Positions 10,117 through 20,934 of a stretch of DNA of 61,854 nt are shown here, piece after piece. The position numbers and the translations under genes are program-made. Origin of the DNA: an uncultured Alphaproteobacteria bacterium (GTDB taxonomy: Bacteria > Pseudomonadota > Alphaproteobacteria > GCA-002720895); contig CACLKH010000004.1 of the NCBI GenBank assembly GCA_902607475.1, positions 1 through 61,854 on the forward strand, in the 5' to 3' direction. Every line of letters begins with the position of its first letter. Position 1 is the first letter of the stretch. The notes below the pieces were generated by a model. That model was not told the origin of the DNA. It searched no databases and saw only the letters and a list, made by a program, of their open reading frames with translations.

Positions 10117-11405
10117 TTGTTTCCAACAGAATAATATTGAAATCCATTTTTTGTAATTTGTTTCGAATAAATATTTCTTAAATCTAAAATTACAGGTTTT
10201 TTCATTATTTTTTTGACTTTTAAAAGATCTAAATTTTTAAATTGATTCCACTCAGTTACAATAACTAAAAGATTTGAATTTTTAGCAACTTCATACTCAT
10301 CACTACAAAATTCTATAGACCTAGGTAATTCTTTTTTAGCATTTTCCATACCTTTAGGATCATAAATTTTTATTTTAGCTTTAGTTTTAGATAAATCTTT
10401 AGCTAATTTTATTCCTGGACTTTGTCTTACATCATCTGTATTAGGTTTGAAACTAATACCTAAAAGTCCAATTTGAATATTATTAAATTTATTTTTTGTA
10501 ATTTTTTTAACTCTTTGAAATAAATATTTAATTCTCAATTCGTTTGCTCTATCAACAGCTTTAATAATTTTTAGATCAGTAGAATTTTTATTGCCTTGAT
10601 AAATTAAAGATTTAACATCTTTTGGAAAACATGATCCTCCATAACCAGGACCTGGATGCAAAAACTTTGATCCTATTCTTCCATCTAAGCCCATTGCTTT
10701 AGCAACCGTTTCAATTTCTGCTCCAATATTTTCACATAAATCAGCAATTTCATTCACAAAAGTAATTTTTGTAGCAAGAAAAGAATTATTTGCATATTTT
10801 ATTATTTCAGCAGTTTCATTGCTTGTAACTACATACGGTCTATTAAGAGGTTTGTAAATTTTTTTTAATATTTTTTCAGCTTTAGTTGTTCTACAACCAA
10901 TTATAATTTTATCTGGTTTAGTAAAATCTTCTAGAGCTGAGCCTTCTCTCAAAAATTCAGGGTTTGAAACTACGTCAAATGTTTTAGTAGAACTAACTCT
11001 TTTTAATATTTTCTCAATGCGTCTAGATGTTCCTACAGGAACTGTTGATTTAGAAACTATAACAGTATATCCTTTAATTTTTTTTGATATTTCTTTTGTA
11101 ACTTGATCAACAAAATTTAAATTACTTTCGCCATTTTTTTTTGGTGGTGTTCCAACACAAATAAAAATTACATCGGATTGTGAAATATTACTTGAGTATT
11201 CATTTGTAAAATTTAATCTATTGCTTTTCAAATTTTTTCTGAAAAGATCTTCAAGGCCAGGTTCGTAAAATGGTATTCTTCCAAATTTTAGTTCTCTTAA
11301 TTTATTTAAATCTTTTTCTATGCATGTTACACTAAATCCAAAATCAGCTAAACAAACAGATTGTACAAGACCGACATATCCTGCTCCTATAATAGTTATC
11401 TTCAT
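10113..11405 (-). CDS. ugd: UDP-glucose 6-dehydrogenase
   Basis: 430 aa. MKITIIGAGYVGL Rossmann start and catalytic GGSCFPKD. Confidence 0.9.
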   Translation of the reverse strand: MKITIIGAGYVGLVQSVCLADFGFSVTCIEKDLNKLRELKFGRIPFYEPGLEDLFRKNLKSNRLNFTNEYSSNISQSDVIFICVGTPPKKNGESNLNFVDQVTKEISKKIKGYTVIVSKSTVPVGTSRRIEKILKRVSSTKTFDVVSNPEFLREGSALEDFTKPDKIIIGCRTTKAEKILKKIYKPLNRPYVVTSNETAEIIKYANNSFLATKITFVNEIADLCENIGAEIETVAKAMGLDGRIGSKFLHPGPGYGGSCFPKDVKSLIYQGNKNSTDLKIIKAVDRANELRIKYLFQRVKKITKNKFNNIQIGLLGISFKPNTDDVRQSPGIKLAKDLSKTKAKIKIYDPKGMENAKKELPRSIEFCSDEYEVAKNSNLLVIVTEWNQFKNLDLLKVKKIMKKPVILDLRNIYSKQITKNGFQYYSVGNN

Positions 11406-11411
11406 TATTAT

Positions 11412-11906
11412 TTAATTAAGTGGGATTGAATATGTAAAAAGAAAGGTTTCTGTACCAGGATTGTTTTCATCAAGACTTGCATTTGATAAATGATGGACTT
11501 CTGCGGCAATTCTTCCACCATCGCTTCTTCTATAAGCTATGTCTAACCCAGATCTAAATTCAACTACATGGCCAAGCTCCTTACCATCTCCTCTTTCATA
11601 CAATCCTGGGGCAAAGCTAGGGGTTACTACAATACTATTAGTTAAATAAAGATCCATTCTAATCCCAGCATAGATATGAAATCCATGATCAGTATTAACT
11701 AATCCTCCAATCATTGGTTTAAAAGGCCCGTATCTTGTTCCGTGTCTGTACTCAATATTAAATAGTCCAGCTGTCTGTTCATCATTCCAATCCCAAAGAC
11801 CAGCTCCAAATGTTAGAAGATTTTTATCATTTCTTTCACCTGCCAAACTTAATCCACTTAAGAAAAAAAAGGACAGATAAAATATTAAACTTATTTTTTT
11901 TAACAT
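11412..11906 (-). CDS. PagL-like lipid A deacylase / acyloxyacyl hydrolase family outer-membrane protein (paralogue 2)
   Basis: Start moved to the internal MLKKISLIF... (signal peptide), which removes the overlap with carD. HHLSNASL His/Ser motif. Confidence 0.65.
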   Translation of the reverse strand: MLKKISLIFYLSFFFLSGLSLAGERNDKNLLTFGAGLWDWNDEQTAGLFNIEYRHGTRYGPFKPMIGGLVNTDHGFHIYAGIRMDLYLTNSIVVTPSFAPGLYERGDGKELGHVVEFRSGLDIAYRRSDGGRIAAEVHHLSNASLDENNPGTETFLFTYSIPLN

Positions 11907-11913
11907 GATTTTC

Positions 11914-12429
11914 TCAAGCAGCATTTTGTAAAATATTCTCAAGTTCCTTACTCGCTGCCTCTTTATCCAATTGCTTCATAGCAGCTAATTCCCGTGCCAA
12001 TCTATCCAAAGCAGATGCATAAATTTGTTTTTCACTAAAAGAAGCTTCATCAAAAGAATCTTTTTTATATAATTCTTTTAAAACTTCTGCTATTGAAACT
12101 AAATTTCCAGATAAAATTTTTGCTTCATATTCTTGTGCTCTTCTACTCCACATAGTTTTCTTCTTCTTTTTTGATTTAGCTTTAAGAACTGCCATTGCAT
12201 CTTTTAACCTATTAGCAGTACTAAGTTTTCGTAACCCAAGATCTTTAATTTTTTCAACAGGTATTCTTAAAATTACTCTTTCGTTAATTGATATAATAAG
12301 AACTTGTATGCGTTTGCCATTTATAATTTCTTTTTTTATCGCTAAAATTTTTCCTGGCCCATATGAGGGATATACTACATGATCACCTTTGTTAAATTTT
12401 GCATTAGAAGTTTTTTTACTTTTTACCAT
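11914..12429 (-). CDS. carD: CarD-family transcriptional regulator
   Basis: 171 aa. F.KGDHVVYPSYGPGKI N-terminal Tudor-like domain typical of CarD/CdnL. Confidence 0.9.
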   Translation of the reverse strand: MVKSKKTSNAKFNKGDHVVYPSYGPGKILAIKKEIINGKRIQVLIISINERVILRIPVEKIKDLGLRKLSTANRLKDAMAVLKAKSKKKKKTMWSRRAQEYEAKILSGNLVSIAEVLKELYKKDSFDEASFSEKQIYASALDRLARELAAMKQLDKEAASKELENILQNAA

Positions 12430-12771
12430 TTAATCTCCTGAGCCTCCTTTTTCACTAAATAATTCTTTCTTATTTTTTTCTTTAGCCCATTTATCTTGTT
12501 CTTCTTTAGGAAAGCTTTGTTTTTTTTTAGTAATATTCGGCCATGTTTCAGAAAATTTTTTATTAGCTTCAATCCAATCAGTTGCTTCAGAATCTGTATC
12601 TGGGGTTATTGCTTCTACAGGACATTCAGGCTCACAAACTCCGCAATCAATACATTCATCAGGATGAATAGTTAGCATATTTTCACCTTCATAAAAGCAA
12701 TCTACAGGACATACTTCTACGCAGTCCGTATATTTACATTTAATGCATTTTTGATTAACAACGTAAGGCAT
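12430..12771 (-). CDS. fdxA: 7Fe ferredoxin (3Fe-4S/4Fe-4S)
   Basis: 113 aa. [25 protein letters not shown]...[12 protein letters not shown] cluster motifs. Confidence 0.92.
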   Translation of the reverse strand: MPYVVNQKCIKCKYTDCVEVCPVDCFYEGENMLTIHPDECIDCGVCEPECPVEAITPDTDSEATDWIEANKKFSETWPNITKKKQSFPKEEQDKWAKEKNKKELFSEKGGSGD

Positions 12772-12791
12772 AAGGTAAAATATTTATTATA

Positions 12792-15377
12792 TCATAAATT
12801 ATCGTAATTTTGGATATTTTCTTCGTTACAAACCTGTTTTAAAACATAAGGTAAAATGCCACCATTAATTAAATATTCAAGTTCTTTTTTACTATCAATT
12901 CTTATTTTGAGTTTAATGACTTTTTTTTGTTTATTTTTATATGTAATAAAGCATCTAATTACTTTATTAGGTTTCAAATCATTTTCTAAATCAATAAAGT
13001 CAAAAGTTTCTTCAGCAGTAATTTTAAGATTTTTTGCATTATCTTTTCCTGTAAATTGTAAAGGTAAAATACCCATACCAATAAGATTTGTTCTATGAAT
13101 TCTCTCAACTGTTTCAAATAGTACGGCTTTTATACCTAATAAACTAACTCCTTTAGCAGCCCAATCTCTTGATGAGCCTGTCCCATATTCTTTTCCTGCA
13201 ATAATTATTGAAGGAACTTTCATTTTTTTATGTCTTTTTGACAATTCATAAACAGAAGGTATTTCCATATTTGAAAAAACACCTCTCGTCATAATTTCAT
13301 GATTACCCCTCCTTGCCCCATACGTATTAAAATCAAAAGTTTTAACTTTATTTTTTTTTAAATATTTTGAAGTAAGTGAATCTAATTTTATTCTCCCTGC
13401 CGGAGATATATGATCTGTTGTAATAGAATCGCCCAATAAAGCTACAATTCTAGCATTTAAAATATTACCTATTTTTTTTCGATTATTTATTTTTTCAAAA
13501 AAAGGTGGTTTTTTTATATAAGTACTTTTTTCTGACCATTTATATAAACCAGACTTATCAAATTTACTTTCTTTATTCCAGTCCTTTTCCCCTTTAAAAA
13601 TTGCAGAGTATCTTTTTTTAAAAATTGTTGGAGATAAAATTTTATTTAATATTAAATTAATTTCTTGTTGTTTTGGCCAAATGTCTTTTAAAAATATTTT
13701 TTTATTTTTTTTATTTATTCCTAATGGTTCTTTATAAAAGTTTACATTAATATTCCCAAAAATTGCAAAAGCTATCACTAAAGGTGGGGATGCTAAATAA
13801 TTTGCTTTAACTAAAGAATTAATTCTACCTTCAAAATTTCTATTACCAGACAAAATTGAACAAACAGTAAGATTTTTTTTTATAATTTCTTTTTCAATTT
13901 TATCTTTTAAAGGTCCTGAGTTACCAATACACGTAGTACAACCATATCCAACTAAATTAAAACCTAAGTTATCTAAATATTTTTGTAAATTTGCTTTTTT
14001 TAAATAATCTGTAACTACTTTACTTCCAGGTGCTAATGAAGTTTTAACCCAAGGTTTAACCTTTAAACCTAATTGAAAAGCTTTTTTTGCTAGTAATGCT
14101 GCGGCAACCATCAAAGTTGGGTTGGATGTATTAGTACAACTAGTTATTGCAGCAATTGCAATACTTCCATTTTCAAGTTGTGTGTTTGTTTTTTTTTCTA
14201 AATTATAATTTTTTTTAAAGTTTTTTGATACTTCTGATAGTTTTACTAAATCTTGTGGTCTTTTTGGTCCAGCAAGCGATGGTTCAATTTTATCTAATTC
14301 AAAATCTATTTTTTTATTAAATTTTATTTTTTCATTAATTTTTTCATTAAATAAATTTTGTAATTTTAAATATTTTTTTACTAAATTAATATGTTTGCTA
14401 CTTCTTGCTGTTAATTTTAAATAATTAATTGTTATATTATCGACTGGAAAAAAACCGCAAGTTGCTCCGTATTCTGGAGCCATATTTGATATAGTGGCTC
14501 TATCAGGTAAAGACAGTGCTTTAATGCCTTCTCCACAAAACTCAACAAACTTTCCAACTACATTTTTTTTTCTTAAAAGATTGGTTAAACTAAGTACTAA
14601 ATCTGTAGCAGTTACACCTTCTTTTAATTTTTTCTTTAAATTAACGCCAATTACATCAGGAACATTTATTGATATTGGTTGGTTTAACATGACAGCTTCA
14701 GCTTCAATTCCGCCAACTCCCCATCCAAGAACACCCAATGAATTAATCATAGTAGTATGACTATCTGTTCCAACCAAAGTATCAGGATAAATTAAGACAC
14801 CCTTATTAATTTTTTTTTTACTTACAACTTGAGCTAAGTATTCCAAGTTAACTTGATGACATATGCCATTTCCTGGCGGAACAACTTTAAAATTTTTAAA
14901 TGATGATTGGCACCATTTTAAAAAATTATATCTTTCTGAATTTTCTTTGAGTTCCCTTTTTACATTCATCTTAAAAGCATTATTATTCCCATAAAAATTA
15001 ACATTTATTGAATGATCTATGACAAGATCAACAGGAATAAATGGATTAATTTTTTTTACGTTTTGTCCTATTTTAAAAACTTTATCTCTCATAGCTGCTA
15101 AATCTGCTATAGCGGGAATACCTGTAAAATCTTGCATTAATATTCTGCTAGGTTTAAAAAAAATTTCAGAAGAATTAGAATTTTTAATTAAATTTTGAAT
15201 TTGATTAAAACTATCAACATTTTCATTTTGATTACGTAATAAATTTTCTAAAAGAATTCTAATAGAGAATGGAAGGCTTTGAATTTTAAAATTAGTTTTT
15301 TTTCCAAACTCTTTTAGGCTGTAATAATAGTAATTTTTGTTATTTAATATAAAATTTTTTTTAATATTTAAATTCAT
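12792..15377 (-). CDS. acnA: aconitate hydratase A
   Basis: 861 aa. Aconitase motifs DSHTTM, ITSCTNTSNP, GCTTCIGNSG, and swivel domain GSSRDWAAKG. Confidence 0.95.
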   Translation of the reverse strand: MNLNIKKNFILNNKNYYYYSLKEFGKKTNFKIQSLPFSIRILLENLLRNQNENVDSFNQIQNLIKNSNSSEIFFKPSRILMQDFTGIPAIADLAAMRDKVFKIGQNVKKINPFIPVDLVIDHSINVNFYGNNNAFKMNVKRELKENSERYNFLKWCQSSFKNFKVVPPGNGICHQVNLEYLAQVVSKKKINKGVLIYPDTLVGTDSHTTMINSLGVLGWGVGGIEAEAVMLNQPISINVPDVIGVNLKKKLKEGVTATDLVLSLTNLLRKKNVVGKFVEFCGEGIKALSLPDRATISNMAPEYGATCGFFPVDNITINYLKLTARSSKHINLVKKYLKLQNLFNEKINEKIKFNKKIDFELDKIEPSLAGPKRPQDLVKLSEVSKNFKKNYNLEKKTNTQLENGSIAIAAITSCTNTSNPTLMVAAALLAKKAFQLGLKVKPWVKTSLAPGSKVVTDYLKKANLQKYLDNLGFNLVGYGCTTCIGNSGPLKDKIEKEIIKKNLTVCSILSGNRNFEGRINSLVKANYLASPPLVIAFAIFGNINVNFYKEPLGINKKNKKIFLKDIWPKQQEINLILNKILSPTIFKKRYSAIFKGEKDWNKESKFDKSGLYKWSEKSTYIKKPPFFEKINNRKKIGNILNARIVALLGDSITTDHISPAGRIKLDSLTSKYLKKNKVKTFDFNTYGARRGNHEIMTRGVFSNMEIPSVYELSKRHKKMKVPSIIIAGKEYGTGSSRDWAAKGVSLLGIKAVLFETVERIHRTNLIGMGILPLQFTGKDNAKNLKITAEETFDFIDLENDLKPNKVIRCFITYKNKQKKVIKLKIRIDSKKELEYLINGGILPYVLKQVCNEENIQNYDNL

Positions 15378-15424
15378 AGAATTTCTTTATTGATTACAAT
15401 ATAAAACTTAATTAAATAAAATTA

Positions 15425-16039
15425 ATGTCTTTTTTTGAAATAAAAAAAATTTCCTGTATCAGAAGCAATAAATTATTATTTAAAAACCTTAATTTCAAGC
15501 TTAATAACAAAGAACTTCTTATTATTAAAGGTGCTAATGGTTCAGGTAAAACAACTTTATTAAAAATCTTAAGCGGGTTATTAAAACCCATATCTGGTTC
15601 AATAATTGTTAACAAAAAAGATATGAATCTTTTAAAAGATGAATATTTCAAATATTTCGAATATATTGGCCATGAAAATGCAATAAAAAGTGCTTTAACG
15701 GTTAGAGAAAATTTAAATTTTTATCTTAAGATTAAAAAGGATTTAACAAAAAAAAACTTTGAAAAAGCTATAAGAATTTTTAATTTAAAAAATCTTTTAG
15801 ATGTTAAAATTGAAAACTTATCATCAGGGGAAAAAAGGAGAGTTTCTCTTTCAAGATTAATATTATCAAAGAGTAAAATATGGTTTTTAGATGAACCAAC
15901 TAATGGTCTAGATAAAATAAATACTCTAAACTTTTTTAAAATTTTAAAACAACATTTACAGCTTAATGGTTTAGCAATAATTGCAAGTCATGATGAAATA
16001 AAAATAAAAAGTAAAAATATTAATTTATCAGTTAACTAA
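15425..16039 (+). CDS. ccmA: heme exporter ATP-binding protein CcmA
   Basis: 204 aa. Walker A GANGSGKTT, signature LSSGEKRR, Walker B WFLDEP. First gene of the ccm cluster. Confidence 0.9.
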   Translation: MSFFEIKKISCIRSNKLLFKNLNFKLNNKELLIIKGANGSGKTTLLKILSGLLKPISGSIIVNKKDMNLLKDEYFKYFEYIGHENAIKSALTVRENLNFYLKIKKDLTKKNFEKAIRIFNLKNLLDVKIENLSSGEKRRVSLSRLILSKSKIWFLDEPTNGLDKINTLNFFKILKQHLQLNGLAIIASHDEIKIKSKNINLSVN

Positions 16040-16047
16040 TTTTAAAT

Positions 16048-16713
16048 ATGTCAAATTTTTTTAATTTAATAATTACGGATATCAAAATTTCATTAAGAAA
16101 AAAAAACGAAAGTATAATTTCCATACTGTTTTTTTTATTTTCAATATTAATTTTGCCTCTTATTTTTCAAGGCGATCAAGATATTCTTAAAAGATTTTTA
16201 ATTGGAATTATTTGGTTTTTAACATTGTTAACAATAATTTTCTCAGTAGAAAAACTTTTTGAAAATGATTATGAAGACGGTATATTAGATCAAATATATA
16301 TATCAGGCATACCACTTGAAACAATTTTTTTAGCCAAATCATTATCCATATGGATTATTACATGTCTTCCAATTATTATTTTATCTCCCTTACTACTTTT
16401 ACTTTTTAATATCCAAACTGAAAAATTAGCAAACATTTTTATATCTCTTCTAATTGGAACACCAATTTTATGTATGATAGGAGCAGTTACATCAGCTTTA
16501 GTACTTGGTTTTAATAAAGGAAGTTCAATTATATCTTTAATAACTCTACCACTTTATATTCCAGTTTTAATTTTTGGAATAGAAGCATCAAATTCTGAAA
16601 TTATTTTTAATCAAATTGGTCAAGAATTTAAAATATTAATTGGGTATTTACTAATTGTTGTTGCTGTATCACCATGGATAGGAGGATTAGCTCTTAGGCT
16701 AAAATATAGATAA
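16048..16713 (+). CDS. ccmB: heme exporter permease CcmB
   Basis: 221 aa, 6 TM, follows ccmA. FENDYEDGILDQ motif of the CcmB family. Confidence 0.9.
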   Translation: MSNFFNLIITDIKISLRKKNESIISILFFLFSILILPLIFQGDQDILKRFLIGIIWFLTLLTIIFSVEKLFENDYEDGILDQIYISGIPLETIFLAKSLSIWIITCLPIIILSPLLLLLFNIQTEKLANIFISLLIGTPILCMIGAVTSALVLGFNKGSSIISLITLPLYIPVLIFGIEASNSEIIFNQIGQEFKILIGYLLIVVAVSPWIGGLALRLKYR

Positions 16714-17726
16714 TGAAAACAGCAGTAATTCATTCTTATAATGGTATGGGAGACCTTATTTGGCATTTACCATATATTCACGCAGTAGCAAGACAAGCTA
16801 AAGAAAAAAAAGTTATCTTATTTTCAAAAAAAACAACTAATGCACATGAATTATTGAGTGCTGATCCTTATATTGAAAAAATAATTAATTTAGACGATAC
16901 CAGGGGTATTTTTACAAATTTATTTAGTTTTTTTAAAATTTCAAAATCTTTAAAAGAAAATAATATTGAAAAAATATGGATATTTCATGAAAGTATAAAG
17001 TATGCATTAGCTAGTTTATCAGCTGGGATCAAAGAAAGATTGGGATATGAATATGGATTGCAAAAATTTTTTTTATCAAAAAAGAATATTATGCCTAAAA
17101 GTTCTGAAATTGAAAGACCATTTGAAAAAGCAAGAATTTTTTTAAACTCACATAAAATAAAAAAAAATAAAATAAAATCAAATTTTTTTATTGAAAAAAA
17201 ATCATTATTAAAAATAAAAAAAAAATATAAAAAAACACCAAAGCCATGGATTATTATTTCATCAACAAATAAAGCAGATTTTAAAAAATGGCCCAGCGAA
17301 AGATTTTCGAAATTAATAAATTTAATATTAGAATCTTTCAAAGGAACAATTTTTATAATTGGCGCGCCTGAAGAAAAAAAATTTATAAATGAGATTGCTT
17401 ATAGTTTAAAAAAATCAAAAAAAATTATTACTTCCTGCGTACCTTTGCATGAAAATGCAGCTATTATTTATAACAGCTCACTTTTCGTTGGTTTAGATTC
17501 AGGTGCATATAATTTATCAGCGTTAATGGGTACCACTTCATATGCAATAATGGGCGCTTCACCACCTTTGAAACATCTTCCAACTTATAAAGCTGTAATA
17601 CCACCTAGTGGCGAAGTTAAAAATATTGTTGGAGCAGATAAAATTCCTGAAGAAAAAGGTATGAAAAGTATAAGTGCAGAATATGCTTTTGATTGTATAA
17701 AAAAAGAAACTAGTTTATTTAAGTAA
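16713..17726 (+). CDS. glycosyltransferase family 9 protein (heptosyltransferase-like)
   Basis: 337 aa. N-terminal NGMGDLIWHLPYI and overall GT9 length and layout. Its start overlaps the ccmB stop (TAATG). Confidence 0.75.
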   Translation: MKTAVIHSYNGMGDLIWHLPYIHAVARQAKEKKVILFSKKTTNAHELLSADPYIEKIINLDDTRGIFTNLFSFFKISKSLKENNIEKIWIFHESIKYALASLSAGIKERLGYEYGLQKFFLSKKNIMPKSSEIERPFEKARIFLNSHKIKKNKIKSNFFIEKKSLLKIKKKYKKTPKPWIIISSTNKADFKKWPSERFSKLINLILESFKGTIFIIGAPEEKKFINEIAYSLKKSKKIITSCVPLHENAAIIYNSSLFVGLDSGAYNLSALMGTTSYAIMGASPPLKHLPTYKAVIPPSGEVKNIVGADKIPEEKGMKSISAEYAFDCIKKETSLFK

Positions 17727-17744
17727 AATCTTATTTTTTTTATT

Positions 17745-18470
17745 ATGACTAATTTTAAAATATTTAAATATGCAAATCCTGCAAAATTTTTATATCTTTG
17801 TGAAAAAACTTTTATTTATTTAGTATTACTAACAATTATTTTTTTGTCCTTCGGTTTATATCAAGGTTTTTTTAATTCACCAGAAGACTACCAACAAGGA
17901 AATTTAGTAAGAATAATGTATGTACATGTTCCTTCAGCGTGGATGGCTTTAATGATTTATTCATCAATAGCAGTAGCAAGCTGTATGTATTTAATTAATA
18001 AGCATTTGCTAGCAAATATTTTTTGTAAATCAGCGTCGCTAATAGGGGCAAGTTTTACCTTAATTGCTATTGTAACCGGCTCAATTTGGGGCAAGCCTAC
18101 TTGGGGTACATGGTGGGTTTGGGACGCAAGAATTACATCAATGCTAGTTTTATTTTTTTTATATCTTGGACATATGACTATTTTTAACTTTTCTGAAAAT
18201 ACAACAAAATCAGGGCAGGCTGCAGCTCTTTTAGCTATATTGGGTTTTGTAAATATACCAATTATAAAATTTTCAGTAGATTGGTGGAATACATTACATC
18301 AACCAGCAAGTGTAATAAAGTTATCAGGACCGACTATACATTCTTCAATGTTAACTCCTTTATTAGTTACTGCTTTAGGTTTCTTTTTTTATTTTTTAGT
18401 AGTTTTGATAATTAGAATGCGCTCTGAAATAACAAATGAGAAAATTAATAATTTAAGTTTTACAGACTGA
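17745..18470 (+). CDS. ccmC: heme exporter protein CcmC
   Basis: 241 aa. WGxxWxWD tryptophan-rich motif (WGTWWVWDARITS). Confidence 0.93.
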   Translation: MTNFKIFKYANPAKFLYLCEKTFIYLVLLTIIFLSFGLYQGFFNSPEDYQQGNLVRIMYVHVPSAWMALMIYSSIAVASCMYLINKHLLANIFCKSASLIGASFTLIAIVTGSIWGKPTWGTWWVWDARITSMLVLFFLYLGHMTIFNFSENTTKSGQAAALLAILGFVNIPIIKFSVDWWNTLHQPASVIKLSGPTIHSSMLTPLLVTALGFFFYFLVVLIIRMRSEITNEKINNLSFTD

Positions 18471-18610
18471 TGGATAATTTATTTTATATAATTTCAGCTA
18501 GTTCCTTTGCATTATTAGTAATGGTTTTATTAATTATTATTTCTTTTACAACTTTAAAAAAAAGAGAAAAAATTTTTAATAAAATTTCTAAAAATAGAAA
18601 AAATGATTAA
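18470..18610 (+). CDS. ccmD: heme exporter protein CcmD (small membrane protein)
   Basis: Not in ORF track (46 aa). ATG overlaps the ccmC stop (TGATG). MDNLFYIISASSFALLVMVLLIIISFTTLKKREKIFNKISKNRKND has a single TM helix plus a basic tail, at the canonical position between ccmC and ccmE. Confidence 0.7.
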   Translation: MDNLFYIISASSFALLVMVLLIIISFTTLKKREKIFNKISKNRKND

Positions 18611-18618
18611 GGAATATA

Positions 18619-19029
18619 ATGACTCCAAAAAAAAAACGTTTTTATATAATATTTTCAGCTTTTAGTTTTTTTTGTTTTATTGTAGGTACGTTTTTAATTA
18701 TATTACAAGATAACATTTTATTTTTTTATACACCTTCTGAAATTTTACAAAAAAATTTAAAACAAAATGAAAAAGTAAGGCTTGGAGGTTTAGTGGAAGA
18801 AAATAGTGTCGTGAGAAATAATATTAAAATTAATTTTACTATTACAGATTTAAAAAAAAATATAGAAGTAAGTTATGAAGGAATTTTGCCAGACTTATTT
18901 AGAGAAGGACAAGGTGTGATTGTTAACGGGTACTTGAAAAATAACATATTTGAAGCAAGCGAAGTGCTGGCCAAACATGATGAAAATTATATGCCGCCTG
19001 AAATAAAAAAAAAACTAGAATTAAAATAA
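18619..19029 (+). CDS. ccmE: cytochrome c-type biogenesis heme chaperone CcmE
   Basis: 136 aa. N-terminal anchor and heme-binding LAKHDENYMPPE motif. Confidence 0.9.
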   Translation: MTPKKKRFYIIFSAFSFFCFIVGTFLIILQDNILFFYTPSEILQKNLKQNEKVRLGGLVEENSVVRNNIKINFTITDLKKNIEVSYEGILPDLFREGQGVIVNGYLKNNIFEASEVLAKHDENYMPPEIKKKLELK

Positions 19030-19035
19030 ATTCAC

Positions 19036-20934
19036 ATGGTAGCAATAATTGGAAATATATCTTTGATTTTTGCAATCCTGCTAAGTTTTTATCAATTTCT
19101 AAATATCAGAAATATTAATAAAATCAGAGTCCTTAATCCAGATAGAAATATATCTCTTCAATTTTTTTTTATTTTAACTGCTTTTTTTTCTCTGATGTTT
19201 GCTTATGTTGTTTCTGATTTTTCTATATTAAATGTTTATCAAAATTCACACACTGCAAAACCTCTTTTATATAAAATTACAGGAGTTTGGGGAAATCATG
19301 AAGGATCTATGTTGCTTTGGGTATTGGTTTTGGTTTTTTTTGGTTTTTTAATTTCAAGATATGATAAAAGATTAGATCTTCCATACAAAACTTTAACATT
19401 GTCGTTTCAATCTTTAATAACCTTTATTTTTTTATTATTTATTTTACTAAGTTCTAATCCTTTTGTTGTAATTTCACCAACCCCTGTAAATGGACAAGAT
19501 TTAAATCCTTTATTACAAGATCCTGGTTTAGCATTCCACCCGCCAAATTTATATATTGGTTATGTCGGACTTTCAATTGTTTTTTCTTTTACTATTGCAA
19601 GATTTTATAAAGGAAGTTTTGATGCTTCATGGGCAAAACTAATTAAACCCTGGGTATTATTATCTTGGTCATTTTTAACATTAGGAATTTCTTTAGGAAG
19701 TTGGTGGGCTTATTACGAATTAGGATGGGGAGGATTTTGGTTTTGGGATCCTGTAGAAAACGCATCCTTAATGCCTTGGCTTTGTGCTACTGCTTTACTG
19801 CATTCAACTTTAGTCTTAGAAAAAAGAAATACTTTAAAAAAATGGACAATTTTGCTCGCATTTTTAAGTTTTAGTTTCAGTCTAATAGGAACATTTTTAG
19901 TTAGATCAGGAATTATTACATCAGTTCATGCTTTTGCTAGTGACCCAACAAGAGGAGTTTTTATATTAATGATATGTGCTTTTTTTATTTTTAGTTCTTT
20001 TATTTTGCTAGCAAAAAAATCTGGGTCTATTAAAGAAGAAAAATTAATTTCACCAATTTCTAAAGAGGGAACCATAATATTTAACAATTTATTAATGGTT
20101 GCAATGCTTTTAACAATTTTTATAGGAACAATTTATCCAATATTTTTAGAAATGTTTACAGGTGATCAAATCTCTGTTGGGCCTCCTTATTTTAACCTAA
20201 CTTCAACATTAATCATGGGACCAGCAATACTTATAATGTCTTTTGCTCCGATGATCAATTGGAAAAAGGATGATCTTGTTGGATTATTATCAAGATTAAA
20301 AACTATTCTTTTTTTAAGCTTATTAGTAACTTTCATTTTTTTTTATATTAATTTTCAGGGACCAATTATCGCTTTAGTTGGAATTTTCTTAGCAGCATGG
20401 CTTTTTTTTGGAACCTTATTTAATTTTTTTGAAAAAACAAAATATTTAAAAAAATTAAAAAATTTAAATAAAACATTTTTAGGCATGATTGTTGCTCATC
20501 TCGGAGTTGCTATCTTTATTGCTGGAGTAACGGGTTCTACATTATGGAAAGTTGAAAAAATTAAAACATTAAAAGTTGGTGAGAAAGTTTTATTAAATAA
20601 TTATTCTCTAAATTTTGATAAAATAAAAAAAATAAGAGGAAAAAATTATATAGGTCATGAGGCAGAATTTAATCTTTATAAAAAAAATAAATTTATAAAA
20701 ACATTAAAACCTCAAAAAAGATTTTATCCTGTGCAGGAATTTCCTACAACAGAGGCAGCTATTTATTCAAGAGGCCTATCAGATATTTATATAGCTATGA
20801 GTGAGCCTATCGATAATTCATGGATTTTTAGATTTCATTACAGTCCTTTAACACCTTGGATTTGGATAGGCTCTATAATGGCGTTTATAGGTGGAATTTT
20901 AAGTTTTTCACATAGAATATTTAAGAGAATATGA
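19036..20934 (+). CDS. ccmF: cytochrome c heme lyase subunit CcmF
   Basis: 632 aa, polytopic. WGGFWFWDPVENASLMPW WWD motif. Confidence 0.95.
   Translation: MVAIIGNISLIFAILLSFYQFLNIRNINKIRVLNPDRNISLQFFFILTAFFSLMFAYVVSDFSILNVYQNSHTAKPLLYKITGVWGNHEGSMLLWVLVLVFFGFLISRYDKRLDLPYKTLTLSFQSLITFIFLLFILLSSNPFVVISPTPVNGQDLNPLLQDPGLAFHPPNLYIGYVGLSIVFSFTIARFYKGSFDASWAKLIKPWVLLSWSFLTLGISLGSWWAYYELGWGGFWFWDPVENASLMPWLCATALLHSTLVLEKRNTLKKWTILLAFLSFSFSLIGTFLVRSGIITSVHAFASDPTRGVFILMICAFFIFSSFILLAKKSGSIKEEKLISPISKEGTIIFNNLLMVAMLLTIFIGTIYPIFLEMFTGDQISVGPPYFNLTSTLIMGPAILIMSFAPMINWKKDDLVGLLSRLKTILFLSLLVTFIFFYINFQGPIIALVGIFLAAWLFFGTLFNFFEKTKYLKKLKNLNKTFLGMIVAHLGVAIFIAGVTGSTLWKVEKIKTLKVGEKVLLNNYSLNFDKIKKIRGKNYIGHEAEFNLYKKNKFIKTLKPQKRFYPVQEFPTTEAAIYSRGLSDIYIAMSEPIDNSWIFRFHYSPLTPWIWIGSIMAFIGGILSFSHRIFKRI

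Noticed and set aside
11907-11942. Upstream start (11942) for PagL-like paralogue 2
   Set aside because: It overlaps the carD 3' end by 29 nt. The internal Met at 11906 gives a canonical signal peptide and removes the overlap.
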